IMG/VR virus record: IMGVR_UViG_3300041955_001975
Location: 26,738 to 90,737 of that record
Length of the DNA: 64,000 nt
Source of the DNA: a virus
Lineage: Duplodnaviria > Heunggongvirae > Uroviricota > Caudoviricetes
Strand: one strand, 5' to 3'
A program made the position numbers and the translations under genes. Positions 9,024 through 17,702 of this stretch are shown here, piece by piece. The notes under the pieces are model-generated. The model worked only from the letters and a program-made list of their open reading frames with translations. It did no database searches and had not been told where the DNA came from. Each line of letters begins with the position of its first letter. The first letter of the stretch is position 1.

Positions 9024-9526
9024 GATCGCTCTTTCGGAAGAAGAATGGCGTCAATGCGCCAGGCGCACAAAGGCTGGAAGCCGCGAAGATCGAAATCGAA
9101 CCAGGCGTACTCGTAACCGTCCGGGTCATAGATGTGTCCACAGTCGTAGGCGACCATGTGACCGCTGTGGACACCGTGCCCCTCAAGGACGCCGCGCGTC
9201 GTGCAAAGCATGTCGTAGAAGCGGTTCGTCCGGTCGTGGTCGCTAAGATGGTGGCCGGCGTAGGTTCGACCACGCACGTCGCGCAGCATCGGGCAGAATT
9301 CAATCGGCGTCACGGCAAGGCCGCGCTTCAGGCACAGATCAATTAACTCCTGGATGTGAAAACCGCGGCGGCCTTCGAGGCCGCCAGGGCCTGGAGTTTC
9401 CTGCCAGAGCACTTCGCCGCCGTCATGGCCCAACTCGTCGAGCAGGGCCTTGACCGGTATATCCAGCGCAATCGCAAACGACGTTGGCACACACTGCCAG
9501 CGTTCAGGCTTTCGCTGTAGGCGCAT
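9020..9526 (-). CDS. papain-like cysteine peptidase (C39/CHAP-like); possible cell-wall hydrolase
   Basis: Candidate catalytic Cys in WQCVPTSFAIAL and downstream His in GHMVAYDCGHIYDPDG. The assignment is weak. Confidence 0.35.
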   Translation of the reverse strand: MRLQRKPERWQCVPTSFAIALDIPVKALLDELGHDGGEVLWQETPGPGGLEGRRGFHIQELIDLCLKRGLAVTPIEFCPMLRDVRGRTYAGHHLSDHDRTNRFYDMLCTTRGVLEGHGVHSGHMVAYDCGHIYDPDGYEYAWFDFDLRGFQPLCAWRIDAILLPKERS

Positions 9527-9570
9527 AGCGTCCCTCAGTTGTTGACTTATGTCGGGGGGATGGGAGCGAG

Positions 9571-9984
9571 CTAATCGAGTTGCGTGCGCTCCAGCGCTTC
9601 GCGGTCTAGCTCGTCAAGCAGCGCGTCGATGTCAGGGATCTGGCCCCATGACTCTTTCCAATACTCGCGCCAGTTGGGCCGCTTGAACAACTTGCCGTAT
9701 TCGGCTTCATTGGCGGCAGTGAGTATCCAGATGCCAATTCCCTTCGCATCCCACAAAGGCCACTTCTGTTTCTGTGCCTTCGTGAAGGTGTATTGCTTGG
9801 GCTGCTTGCAGTCGATCCAGCGTGTGCCCCACTTCTCGTGGGCGACAAACAAGTCAGGGAAGCCGGTCTGGTAGAGGTTTCCGTGGGTATGTTCCACCAT
9901 CCACCCCCGGGCTTTCAGAAAGCCGATGAGGGCTTGCTGGATATGCCACTCGGGGCCGTGGGCCGGCTGCCGGATCTTTCTCAC
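9571..9984 (-). CDS. VRR-NUC domain nuclease
   Basis: PD-(D/E)xK-like core GFPDLFVAHEKWGTRWIDCKQPKQ...QKQKW matches the VRR-NUC pattern. Confidence 0.5.
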   Translation of the reverse strand: MRKIRQPAHGPEWHIQQALIGFLKARGWMVEHTHGNLYQTGFPDLFVAHEKWGTRWIDCKQPKQYTFTKAQKQKWPLWDAKGIGIWILTAANEAEYGKLFKRPNWREYWKESWGQIPDIDALLDELDREALERTQLD

Positions 9985-12482
9985 CGCATCTCCTTGGCCC
10001 GGATCTTCACGGTGTCGGCCGTGCCCTTCTTTTCGGCCCAGTTCTGCATTTCCTTGTGCCAGGTGATGCCGATCAGGGGCACCTTGGGACGGAAACGCTC
10101 CACGTTCTCGCGCACGACATCGACGATCGTGTCGCCCAATTCCGGCCGGGTGACGCAGAGCAGCTCGTCGTGGACGTTCATAATCATCAGCCGTAGATCA
10201 TGGACGCCGGCAGGCTGCAATTCCCAAAGCTTTCGCTGGACGGCTTTCGTGATCTGGGCACCGGGGCTCTGGATCTCGTGGTTCGCCGCCGCCCGCATAT
10301 TGGCAGCCTGCATGGCGAACGACGCACCATAGAGCGCAGAAGAGACCGCGCCGCCTGCCGTCTGGACGCGATCGCGCCGCACGACCTTCACCTTGACGCC
10401 GGCCCAGTTTTTGGGTGGCTTGCGGGCCAGGTCGAAGAGCGCCTTGCAAATCTTGTTTTCCAGGCTGAAGTAGCGGCGGAACCCCAGGAAGGACTCGATG
10501 TACTCGGCTGGGTCCGCCCAGACCACCGCAGAGCCAAGGCCGCCCGGCTGCTTCATGGAGCAGAAGGCGTCGAACGTCTTCTGCCGAGCCTTGGGGATGC
10601 CCGGGAACTTCCTGAAGAATCCCTCCTCGGCACGCTGGGCGACTTCCGGCGAGAGACCGAACTTGCCCACAAGGGTGTTCCAGTCGCCGCCGTAGATCAT
10701 GCCGAAGACGCCCTGTTTGCCCTTGGTGTACATATCGAACTCGGTGTCGGCCGAGGCCAAGATGTCTTCGTAGGTCTTGCCGGGGTACATCTCCATGCCG
10801 AACAGGGCATGGATCTTCTTCCCGCTGCACAAGGCGGCGCGCAGGGATGGGTCGTTGTACACGGCGTCCGCCAGTGTCACCTCGAAGGAATCAAAGTCGC
10901 CACCGCAGAGGATGTAGCCGTCCCAGGAAAGCGGGAACATGCGGCGCACGTCCTTGGTGTGCTTGATGCCCTGCGGGTTCAGGCCGTCCGCACCGGCCAT
11001 GCGGCTGGAAAGGGTGCCGATCACGACGAACGAGGCGTGGAACTTGCCGGCCAGGAGCAGCTTCTGGTAGAGTTCCACCTCCTTGGCGGCGATCTTCACG
11101 TCGAGGATCTTGCCGGCACGCAGCGCGGCGGGGTGACGCCCGACCCGCATGACGCCCGTGCCCCCGCAGCGGGGACATTGCGGGTCGGTCCCTTCCACGC
11201 ACTTCGCGCAGGGTTCGTCTTCAGCGACTTCCCATTCGCGGATGGCTTCGAGGTTGGCCTTCTTCGTGGACGCCTCCAGGATGATGCCCTCCGTCTCGTC
11301 CATCGCGGCGGTGACGTAGCCGCGGACTTCACCCGGCTTGTTGATGTTCACCGGGGCGTTGTCCACGACGGCCTGGGCCTTTGCCAGCAGCCCCTTCATG
11401 CCGGGGATGTCGATCTGGAAGCCGTGCCAGCGGACGACGGGGACCATGCAGGCCAGGATCGAATCGTCGTCGCCCGGCGGCGGGTCGCCAAAGTGGTGGT
11501 CCAGGGCCCGCGTGTAAACGATGTCGTCGTTGGCGTACTCACGGGCGTCCGGCCGGGTCGCCCAGTGCGCGATGTGCTTGCCGATCACGCCGGGCCAGGC
11601 GTAGCCCAGCAGCTTGTCTACGCCGGCCTTCGGCTTCTTGGGGCGTTCATCGTCGTCGTGCGCATCACCCAACTGGGCGTCCAGGTCGGCGAGTGTCACG
11701 GGCTCCTCATTCAGGACTTGGAGTTTCCCCTTCTTCTTGCCCCACACCTCCCAGTTCTTTTCCGGCGACGACACGGCCAACGCCGTGGGCGCATAGCCCA
11801 ACTCGTAGGGCCGCCAAGAGGTCTGCGGCTCTACGTCCTTGAAGTGGAACTTGGGCTTGAACCCCATTGCGTGCTCGGCCAGGAACTTGAGGCCGCCGGC
11901 AGGGTTGAAGCGCAGCACCACGTCCTTGAACTCGGTATCAAGGTCGCCGAAGCGATCCTTGCGATCGAAGGTTTGCCACTTGGGCGCGTTGGGGTCCGCC
12001 GACTTGGCGAAATAGATACTGTCGAGCTGGATACGACGTTCCAGCTCGCCAGCCAGCGCGTAGGCGAGTGCGGTGGGGACCCGCTTGATGCGGATGTCTT
12101 CGCGGGCCATGAGTGCCTGGTAGGGACCCTTGCGGCTGTGCAGCAGCAAGTCCAGGGCTGAAGCGGGCTTGACGCAGGGGCCATCCTGACCCCTGGGCTC
12201 AAGCAGGGCGATCTCGTTGACGTGATCCTGCGGAATCCAGTCCGGGTCGCAGAGGCGGAAGATCGTGTAGAGCTTGACGATATGGAACCAGTCGAACGAC
12301 AGGTTGAAACCGACCACGCACTCCTCGCACAGCCACTCAATCAGATTGAGCGTCGTGCGGACTGGCTGCCGCCAGACTTCGTGAAGGTGGATCGGACCTT
12401 CACCCTCTGCGTACTGCAACAGGACTGCCATGCTGTGCAGGCCGCAGGTTTCGGAGTCGAGGTAACGTTTAATCAACGGCAT
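9981..12482 (-). CDS. DNA polymerase, family A, with N-terminal 3'-5' exonuclease
   Basis: Exo I DxE (YLDSETCGLH) at the N-terminus. Polymerase motif C (IMNVHDELL) near the C-terminus and a motif-A-like GGDFDSFE. Has an internal Cys4 insertion (CAKCVEG...CPRCGG). 833 aa. Confidence 0.8.
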   Translation of the reverse strand: MPLIKRYLDSETCGLHSMAVLLQYAEGEGPIHLHEVWRQPVRTTLNLIEWLCEECVVGFNLSFDWFHIVKLYTIFRLCDPDWIPQDHVNEIALLEPRGQDGPCVKPASALDLLLHSRKGPYQALMAREDIRIKRVPTALAYALAGELERRIQLDSIYFAKSADPNAPKWQTFDRKDRFGDLDTEFKDVVLRFNPAGGLKFLAEHAMGFKPKFHFKDVEPQTSWRPYELGYAPTALAVSSPEKNWEVWGKKKGKLQVLNEEPVTLADLDAQLGDAHDDDERPKKPKAGVDKLLGYAWPGVIGKHIAHWATRPDAREYANDDIVYTRALDHHFGDPPPGDDDSILACMVPVVRWHGFQIDIPGMKGLLAKAQAVVDNAPVNINKPGEVRGYVTAAMDETEGIILEASTKKANLEAIREWEVAEDEPCAKCVEGTDPQCPRCGGTGVMRVGRHPAALRAGKILDVKIAAKEVELYQKLLLAGKFHASFVVIGTLSSRMAGADGLNPQGIKHTKDVRRMFPLSWDGYILCGGDFDSFEVTLADAVYNDPSLRAALCSGKKIHALFGMEMYPGKTYEDILASADTEFDMYTKGKQGVFGMIYGGDWNTLVGKFGLSPEVAQRAEEGFFRKFPGIPKARQKTFDAFCSMKQPGGLGSAVVWADPAEYIESFLGFRRYFSLENKICKALFDLARKPPKNWAGVKVKVVRRDRVQTAGGAVSSALYGASFAMQAANMRAAANHEIQSPGAQITKAVQRKLWELQPAGVHDLRLMIMNVHDELLCVTRPELGDTIVDVVRENVERFRPKVPLIGITWHKEMQNWAEKKGTADTVKIRAKEMR

Positions 12483-12527
12483 AGTCGTAGCTTGGGGTAT
12501 TGCTCAGTGCTCAAGAGTGAAGCGGAA

Positions 12528-12719
12528 TCAGGCGGCTTCGATGCGGGGCCCGCCGGCCTCAGCCATAGCGCCCTCTTCGAGTAAGGCCGCCCTCGCGGCC
12601 CGCATTTGCTTCAGCGATGCGAACATGCCCCGGGTGTCCCACTCCAACACACATTCGATGAACACCTCGTAGGCAAGCGCCAACGTCTTCCAGGCTTCGC
12701 ACTCGTCTCTCAGCTTCAT
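12528..12719 (-). CDS. hypothetical protein
   Basis: 63 aa from MKLRDECEAWK. Compact and gene-like in composition. Confidence 0.3.
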   Translation of the reverse strand: MKLRDECEAWKTLALAYEVFIECVLEWDTRGMFASLKQMRAARAALLEEGAMAEAGGPRIEAA

Positions 12720-12915
12720 GGTTTCCTCGGTTCTTGGAGGGCTCCCGGCACGTCGCACGACTACCCACCAGCCACGGCGGGCGTTACCGTTATGGCCGGG
12801 CTACGGTCCCTCCCAGTCAACAGCCGTGCGGTTATGGGTTCAGCGCAGGTCCGCGCAGACCGGGAGCCCTCTTGGCCATCATTCACGGGTTAGGTGCCGG
12901 CATCCGACACCTGGA

Positions 12916-13284
12916 CTAGAACACGTCATAGGTCCAGCCGGGGCCGACAACACTGGCCGCGACGACAGGGCCGGACATGAAGTTGCCGTTGCGGAAGCGG
13001 ATGAACATCTGAAGCGTTCGACCGATCCAGGCGTCCAGGCCGACGTTGGCATCCAAGACATAGACGCCTCGTAGGTACTGGCCAACTGTGGACTGCCGTA
13101 GGAGGGGCAAGGTGCTGCTCACTTCCACCAGACCGGAAGCGGGATTGAGTACGGTGATCTCGAAGAGGTGGTTATCCGTCTCAACCATGATCTTGGTGCC
13201 CTTGTTTTGCCGTGTCAGGTCGATTCCTGGCTGGGCTTTCAGGGCCTTCAGAACTTCTTCACGGGTCGGCAGTGCAGGCATCAT
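12916..13284 (-). CDS. hypothetical protein
   Basis: ATG 12 nt downstream of conserved motif copy C with a GGAG in between. 122 aa. Confidence 0.4.
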   Translation of the reverse strand: MMPALPTREEVLKALKAQPGIDLTRQNKGTKIMVETDNHLFEITVLNPASGLVEVSSTLPLLRQSTVGQYLRGVYVLDANVGLDAWIGRTLQMFIRFRNGNFMSGPVVAASVVGPGWTYDVF

Positions 13285-13294
13285 TCGCTCCACA

Positions 13295-14158
13295 TTAAGA
13301 GTTGCAAACCGACCCTTTCTGGTTTTCGTCCTCGATGTCTTTTATCAACGCGGCGTCGTCAATCTCGGCCATCGCCCAGGCCAGAGCCCGGGTAGGGAGC
13401 CCGTTGACCCCGGCCTCAAACATTCTGAGGATCATCGCATTGATCTGCTCCTTGGTGCGGCGAAACCGGAAGCGACGTTTGTACGTTTCATCGAGTCCCG
13501 GCAACTTGCCGCTCGATCCCCGCCGCCGGGCATCCGCGGTTTTCTCGGCAAGGAACAACTGCTCCTCCGGCGCTTCCTTGTACAGCCGCTCGATCGAGAC
13601 CTGCGACAAGAGGCCGTTGGCAGCCATCTCTTGGATTTCGACCGGGAGATCCAGCAGCCGGAAGCGTGCCGCGATCCACTTCGTGGGCCGATGCAGTTCC
13701 TTATTGGCCTGCCGAAGCGACACGCCGTCAGGGTACAGACGTTTGAGTGCGATGGCCTCTTGCAGCATGTTCAGGTCTTTCCGCTCAAGATTCTCCGTGA
13801 AGTTGAGCAGGCGGGCCTCGTAGTCCGTCAACTCGTGTCGGACCATCGCCGGAATGTTCGCCCACTTCAGAAAGAACTCGACCGCTCGAAAGCGCCGGTG
13901 GCCGGCGATCAGTCGATAGTCAAAGCCCGAGGGCACAGTGCCCACGACCTCGGCGGTGAGCTGCACCACGACGGGAAAATCGAGGCCCCTTAGTTCGACA
14001 CCCCCTCCCTTCTGGCGAATGCTCTCGGCCAATTCCGAGACCGACTCCAGCGTGAACTGCCCCCGGCAGTTGAAATCGGCATCGTAGTAGATGCCGCTCA
14101 ACGGCAGGGCAAACACGTCATAGTCCTGGAGTCTCTCCGCCACCAGCAGTCTCCTCAA
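13295..14158 (-). CDS. ParB-like nuclease domain protein
   Basis: ParB N-terminal domain signature LIAGHRRFRA. Confidence 0.6.
   Translation of the reverse strand: MRRLLVAERLQDYDVFALPLSGIYYDADFNCRGQFTLESVSELAESIRQKGGGVELRGLDFPVVVQLTAEVVGTVPSGFDYRLIAGHRRFRAVEFFLKWANIPAMVRHELTDYEARLLNFTENLERKDLNMLQEAIALKRLYPDGVSLRQANKELHRPTKWIAARFRLLDLPVEIQEMAANGLLSQVSIERLYKEAPEEQLFLAEKTADARRRGSSGKLPGLDETYKRRFRFRRTKEQINAMILRMFEAGVNGLPTRALAWAMAEIDDAALIKDIEDENQKGSVCNS
13297..13328 (-). promoter_or_regulatory. conserved intergenic motif copy C
   Basis: aagagttgcaaaccgaccctttctggttttcg, 12 nt upstream of the ATG of gene 12916..13284. Confidence 0.45.
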
Positions 14159-14161
14159 CGC

Positions 14162-14938
14162 TCATTCCAGGACGATGTTGTTCGGCGTCGGGCCGTGATC
14201 CCAGTCGTAGACCCGCACCGAGTCGCCGGTGATGTTGACGAAGCTGTTAACCTGGGTACACCAGGAGCCCGAGTTGTAGTACCACTCCCCCTGACGCCCG
14301 GGGGTGTGCGTATGCCCGCCAATCACGATGTCGCACTCGCCGTTGTCCACGGGCTGCTTCAGGCCGGCGATCAGTTCTTGATCTCGCGGCTTCTTGCCCC
14401 AAAGCCACTCGTGGAAGGCGACCATCTTTTCCAGGCTGCCGACAAACAGGTCCTCGATGCTCGATCGCCCCCTCATGGGTCCGCCGTTCTTGTCCTCCAG
14501 CAGCCCCGTGATCGTGGCCAGGATGCGGCTGAAATCGGGCATCTCGTTGGAGCAATACTTATCGGCCTCGTGGCCGTGCATGATCTTGATCCGCCGGCGG
14601 CCGTCATTCAGAACGAATGGACCGCACAAGGTGTCGAATAGCGGGTGATTCAGGAAGTGCGCGCCGATGAAGTGGAGTAGGTCAATGTCGTGGTTGCCCA
14701 CGACGTAAATGGCCTGCATCGCCGCCAGGCGATCCAACAAGGGGCCATAGTGCTCGACCGACCGGCTGAAGTTGCACTGCCAGAGATCGAACAAGTCGCC
14801 CGCAATAATCAGGCGGCCGTGTTGCTGCTCCACGAAGTCCAGAAAGCGATCGAACTGCTGCGGCCGATCGTTCCACGCGAAGCGATCGCGGGGGCCGCCA
14901 TCGCACAGATGCAAGTCAGAGACTACGAAATGATTCAT
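14162..14938 (-). CDS. calcineurin-like metallophosphoesterase
   Basis: Motifs SDLHL, GDLFD, GNHD, GHEAD and GGHTH. Start set at MNHFVV, so it does not overlap the tRNA. Confidence 0.6.
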   Translation of the reverse strand: MNHFVVSDLHLCDGGPRDRFAWNDRPQQFDRFLDFVEQQHGRLIIAGDLFDLWQCNFSRSVEHYGPLLDRLAAMQAIYVVGNHDIDLLHFIGAHFLNHPLFDTLCGPFVLNDGRRRIKIMHGHEADKYCSNEMPDFSRILATITGLLEDKNGGPMRGRSSIEDLFVGSLEKMVAFHEWLWGKKPRDQELIAGLKQPVDNGECDIVIGGHTHTPGRQGEWYYNSGSWCTQVNSFVNITGDSVRVYDWDHGPTPNNIVLE

Positions 14939-14968
14939 CGGTCCTCTCCAGATTACGTAACGCATGAG

Positions 14969-15040
14969 CTGCCAGGGCAGGACTCGAACCTGCAATGACG
15001 CGATTAACAATCGCGGACCTTGCCATTAGGCGACCTGGCA
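14969..15040 (-). tRNA. tRNA-Asn (anticodon GTT)
   Basis: Manual cloverleaf: acceptor TGCCAGG/CCTGGCA, anticodon stem CGCGA/TCGCG with loop TTGTTAA, T-arm GCAGG-TTCGAGT-CCTGC, discriminator G. CCA is not encoded. Confidence 0.6.
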
Positions 15041-15104
15041 TCGTCTCACACCGTCGCCTTGACAGGCCACGGTGCGGGTACTGTTCCCGCGCATGGCGGG
15101 TCAG

Positions 15105-15458
15105 CTAATCACGTGGTCTCGTCGAACGTGTCGAAGCCTTCGTCGTCAAGGTTGTCGTGCCGCTCCTCGTGCCGCTCGGGAATCGGCACTTCTCCCGTAA
15201 CTCGGCGATCACGTCCTCAAGGGTCTTGTATTCGCCGCGCTCATAGGCTTCGATGCACCGCCGCTCCATCTCGGCGTCGTACTTGACCACCACGTCGTCC
15301 GTGGCGAAGTGCATACCGAGCCACTCCCACCAGACGGTGAAGTGCAATTCGTGCTGAGCGTCCCAGTACCAGTTGCGACGGCAGAGCGGCACGAGGGTCT
15401 GAAAGAGGAATACGAAGTCGGACAGGAACGTGACCAGGGTCAGGACAATGCGGAACAT
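15105..15458 (-). CDS. hypothetical membrane protein
   Basis: From MFRIVLTLVTFLSDFVFLF (hydrophobic N-terminus). The ORF track's upstream extension is low-complexity. Confidence 0.3.
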   Translation of the reverse strand: MFRIVLTLVTFLSDFVFLFQTLVPLCRRNWYWDAQHELHFTVWWEWLGMHFATDDVVVKYDAEMERRCIEAYERGEYKTLEDVIAELREKCRFPSGTRSGTTTLTTKASTRSTRPRD

Positions 15459-15471
15459 GGTTGTCTCCTTC

Positions 15472-15909
15472 TTATCGGTGGCCTCCGCCGCCATGACTGC
15501 CACCGCCACGTGGACCAGGGGTAGGACCAGGACGCAGACCAGGATTGTAGCGCGGCTCGGGCCGTCGCGGTTCAGGCCGAGGCTCCGGCCGTCGCGGTTC
15601 GGGTCGCATTCCAGGGCGCTCGCCTGGCATGATGATGGGCGGTCCGACAATGACGGGCGGCTCGACGATGATGGGCGGTTCCACCACAATGGGCGGCTCG
15701 AAAGCCGGCGGCTGGACAATGACAGGAGGCCGGATGACCGGCGTGACAATGACGGAGCCGTCAGGGATCAGGAACCTGCTGCCGTCCGGCGTCACGAGAA
15801 TTGAGCCATTGGGAACAGCGACCGTGTCAGCCTTGACAGGCGCGCATGTTCCCAGAACAAGCAGCAGCAAGACAATCAAGAGAACGATGCCGAAGGTGAA
15901 GCGAATCAT
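15472..15909 (-). CDS. secreted proline-rich repeat protein
   Basis: Signal-peptide-like MIRFTFGIVLLIVLLLLVLGTCAP. Then VEPPI(I/V)V and RRPEPRPEP repeats. Confidence 0.45.
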   Translation of the reverse strand: MIRFTFGIVLLIVLLLLVLGTCAPVKADTVAVPNGSILVTPDGSRFLIPDGSVIVTPVIRPPVIVQPPAFEPPIVVEPPIIVEPPVIVGPPIIMPGERPGMRPEPRRPEPRPEPRRPEPRYNPGLRPGPTPGPRGGGSHGGGGHR

Positions 15910-16229
15910 GGTTGGTCAATCTCCAGTTTGGCGAAGACAATCTTGCGCATGTCGTCAAGGTGGTGTTGTGTGGCCACCAGGCAGCCCGCGCCGGCCTTGG
16001 CCTCCGTCGGCCGCAGGCCGCAGGACCATAGCTGGTTCATCAGGGCCTGGGCCTCCTCGCGGAACAATCGAAAGGTGGGCTCGACCGGCGCACCCTGGGG
16101 AATCGTGGTGTCGAATTCCAAGGGCTTGCGGATGCCCCGCCGCTCACCGTTGTGATGGCGGACAAGGACAGCCTCTCTCCTCGTGCATCGCGGCGTAGTG
16201 ATCGAGCAGCTTCTGTAGCACCTGGTCAT
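15906..16229 (-). CDS. hypothetical protein
   Basis: ORF only; no recognisable motifs. Confidence 0.25.
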   Translation of the reverse strand: MTRCYRSCSITTPRCTRREAVLVRHHNGERRGIRKPLEFDTTIPQGAPVEPTFRLFREEAQALMNQLWSCGLRPTEAKAGAGCLVATQHHLDDMRKIVFAKLEIDQP

Positions 16230-16452
16230 CCGACAGGGTGCTCAGCTTGAAGAGGCGGACGGGCTGCTGCTCGCCGATCAAGACCTCGCGGTACTGAACC
16301 TTCTGGAATGGAGGCGGCACTTCAACCCGCAAGGGCACCGCCAGCGGGACGGGCCTCTTCCGTGGCACGCAGGCATAGAGCACCGTCAGCCGATCGTCCA
16401 CGGTTCGGACACAGCCGTCCATCGGACCGCCAATCAGTACGGCGCGCTTCAT
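16144..16452 (-). CDS. hypothetical protein
   Basis: ORF only; 102 aa. Confidence 0.3.
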   Translation of the reverse strand: MKRAVLIGGPMDGCVRTVDDRLTVLYACVPRKRPVPLAVPLRVEVPPPFQKVQYREVLIGEQQPVRLFKLSTLSDDQVLQKLLDHYAAMHEERGCPCPPSQR

Positions 16453-16502
16453 GGCAGCTTCCTATGGCTCAATGCCGCCTGGCATCCACAGCCTCGCATA
16501 GG

Positions 16503-16715
16503 TCACCTCACGTTTTGCAGCAGAAAGTCCACAAGCCCCTGCGGGTTAAAACGAAGCTCGTCGCCCGTGTCCAACACAATCATGCCGGGCGGAAAGATGA
16601 CCCTCGCAACACCATTGACCGCAGTGATGGTCGTACTCGCCAGGTCGATGCTCTCGATCCGTTCACCGTCACGCCAGTGTTCAATTGCGCATTTCATCGG
16701 AGCCTCTACATCCAA
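16503..16715 (-). CDS. hypothetical protein
   Basis: ORF only; 70 aa. Confidence 0.3.
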   Translation of the reverse strand: MDVEAPMKCAIEHWRDGERIESIDLASTTITAVNGVARVIFPPGMIVLDTGDELRFNPQGLVDFLLQNVR

Positions 16716-17020
16716 AGATGAATCAGCCAGCCCAGCGTTGTGGAAGCCAATGCGCCTGCAAGAGACTGCCAGACGCTACACTTCGCCTCAAGCCGGTGCA
16801 GCCCCAGCAACACGACAAGGGCCAAGGTCAGGCCGATGGCAGCGAGGATGCCGATAGGCGGCAGGCCCAAGGGCACAACGAACCAGAGCCACAGCTTCGT
16901 GACGCACCAAGCCCTGACCACAACCGCCGCGGCGAGCATGAGGATGGATGTGAAAGTGATCGCGCCGACGCCGGCCGCGACAATCGCCTCCAGCTTCTTG
17001 AACTCTTCGTTGTTCTTCAT
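16706..17020 (-). CDS. multi-pass membrane protein
   Basis: Three predicted hydrophobic helices (AIVAAGVGAITFTSILMLAAAVVV, LWLWFVVPLGLPPIGILAAIGLTLALVVLLGL). Confidence 0.4.
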   Translation of the reverse strand: MKNNEEFKKLEAIVAAGVGAITFTSILMLAAAVVVRAWCVTKLWLWFVVPLGLPPIGILAAIGLTLALVVLLGLHRLEAKCSVWQSLAGALASTTLGWLIHLWM

Positions 17021-17060
17021 GGGAGACCCAGGGAGTGGAGGAGAGGGTTAGGACTTCAGC

Positions 17061-17162
17061 GGTCCAATATCCCGGCCGCCGTCGATCAGGCATCATTTGG
17101 GCCATTCTTTTCGGCCGGATACTTGAGCTTGCAGTTGAGACGCCAGGTGACGCCGTGCTTGG
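17061..17162. repeat. direct repeat copy 1 (degenerate duplicate of the 3' end of gene 17703..19022)
   Basis: About 80% identical to 17717..17819 (..tcccggccgccgtcgatcagg...agcttgcagttgagacgccaggt..). Lies immediately downstream of the stop of methyltransferase gene 17163..17654. Confidence 0.5.
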
Positions 17163-17654
17163 CTAGACAATCAGGGCCATCTGTTCGCCGTGCCCTCTTC
17201 GGAAATGCACGGCTCCACAGGCCCATCCAAATCCGAAGCCCACAGCGCGACCCGTCCACGGTGCGTAAACCTCGACAATCCCGCCATAGCGCTTAACCAT
17301 CAACAACCGTTTCCGGCTGCCGAAGACCTTGGCGATCGGCAGGAGGTAGACCACGTTGGCCGCCAACGCGAAACTGTGCTCAAGCCACGCATTGAGGATC
17401 GAGTAAGGTGGGTTGCCGATAATCCAGTCCACGGGCTGCTTCCAATCGAAGAAGTCTCGGCCCTCTCTGATCTCGCACCACAGACACTCCGGCACATGGC
17501 GGCTAAACGCACGATCGCCAGCGCAGGGGTCCAGCACCTTTCCTGTTGGCAGATAGCGACGAACGATCGCCGCGGCGACATGATCGGGCGTAAAGACCAC
17601 ATCCCGATCCTTGAAGTCCTTCGAGTTGTCAGACCGCAGGTGCGTCATCGGCAA
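17163..17654 (-). CDS. N6-adenine methyltransferase catalytic domain (Eco57I/TaqI-like, no target-recognition domain)
   Basis: FTPDHVAAAIV...VLDPCAGDRAF (motif X/I) and IIGNPPYS (motif IV). At 163 aa it is too short to include a TRD. It is flanked by a ~100-bp direct repeat. Confidence 0.55.
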   Translation of the reverse strand: MPMTHLRSDNSKDFKDRDVVFTPDHVAAAIVRRYLPTGKVLDPCAGDRAFSRHVPECLWCEIREGRDFFDWKQPVDWIIGNPPYSILNAWLEHSFALAANVVYLLPIAKVFGSRKRLLMVKRYGGIVEVYAPWTGRAVGFGFGWACGAVHFRRGHGEQMALIV

Positions 17655-17702
17655 GAACTCAAGGTCGTATAGTGAACAGGCGTTGGGCGCAAAAGCCTCG
17701 GA

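Noticed and set aside
10200-12161. 653-aa plus-strand ORF, together with many other 100-600-aa plus-strand ORFs (for example 17775..19013, 22464..24311, 34183..36018, 36998..39019, 49085..51112, 51876..53531, 55806..56600, 56680..58431)
   Set aside because: They are antisense shadows of clearly functional minus-strand genes in a ~63% GC genome. Their products are low-complexity Arg/Gly/Ala-rich with no motifs, and the sense-strand genes have strong domain signatures.
16788-17105. 105-aa minus-strand ORF downstream of the small methyltransferase gene
   Set aside because: It coincides with direct-repeat copy 1, a degenerate duplicate of another gene's 3' end. It is likely a non-functional remnant.
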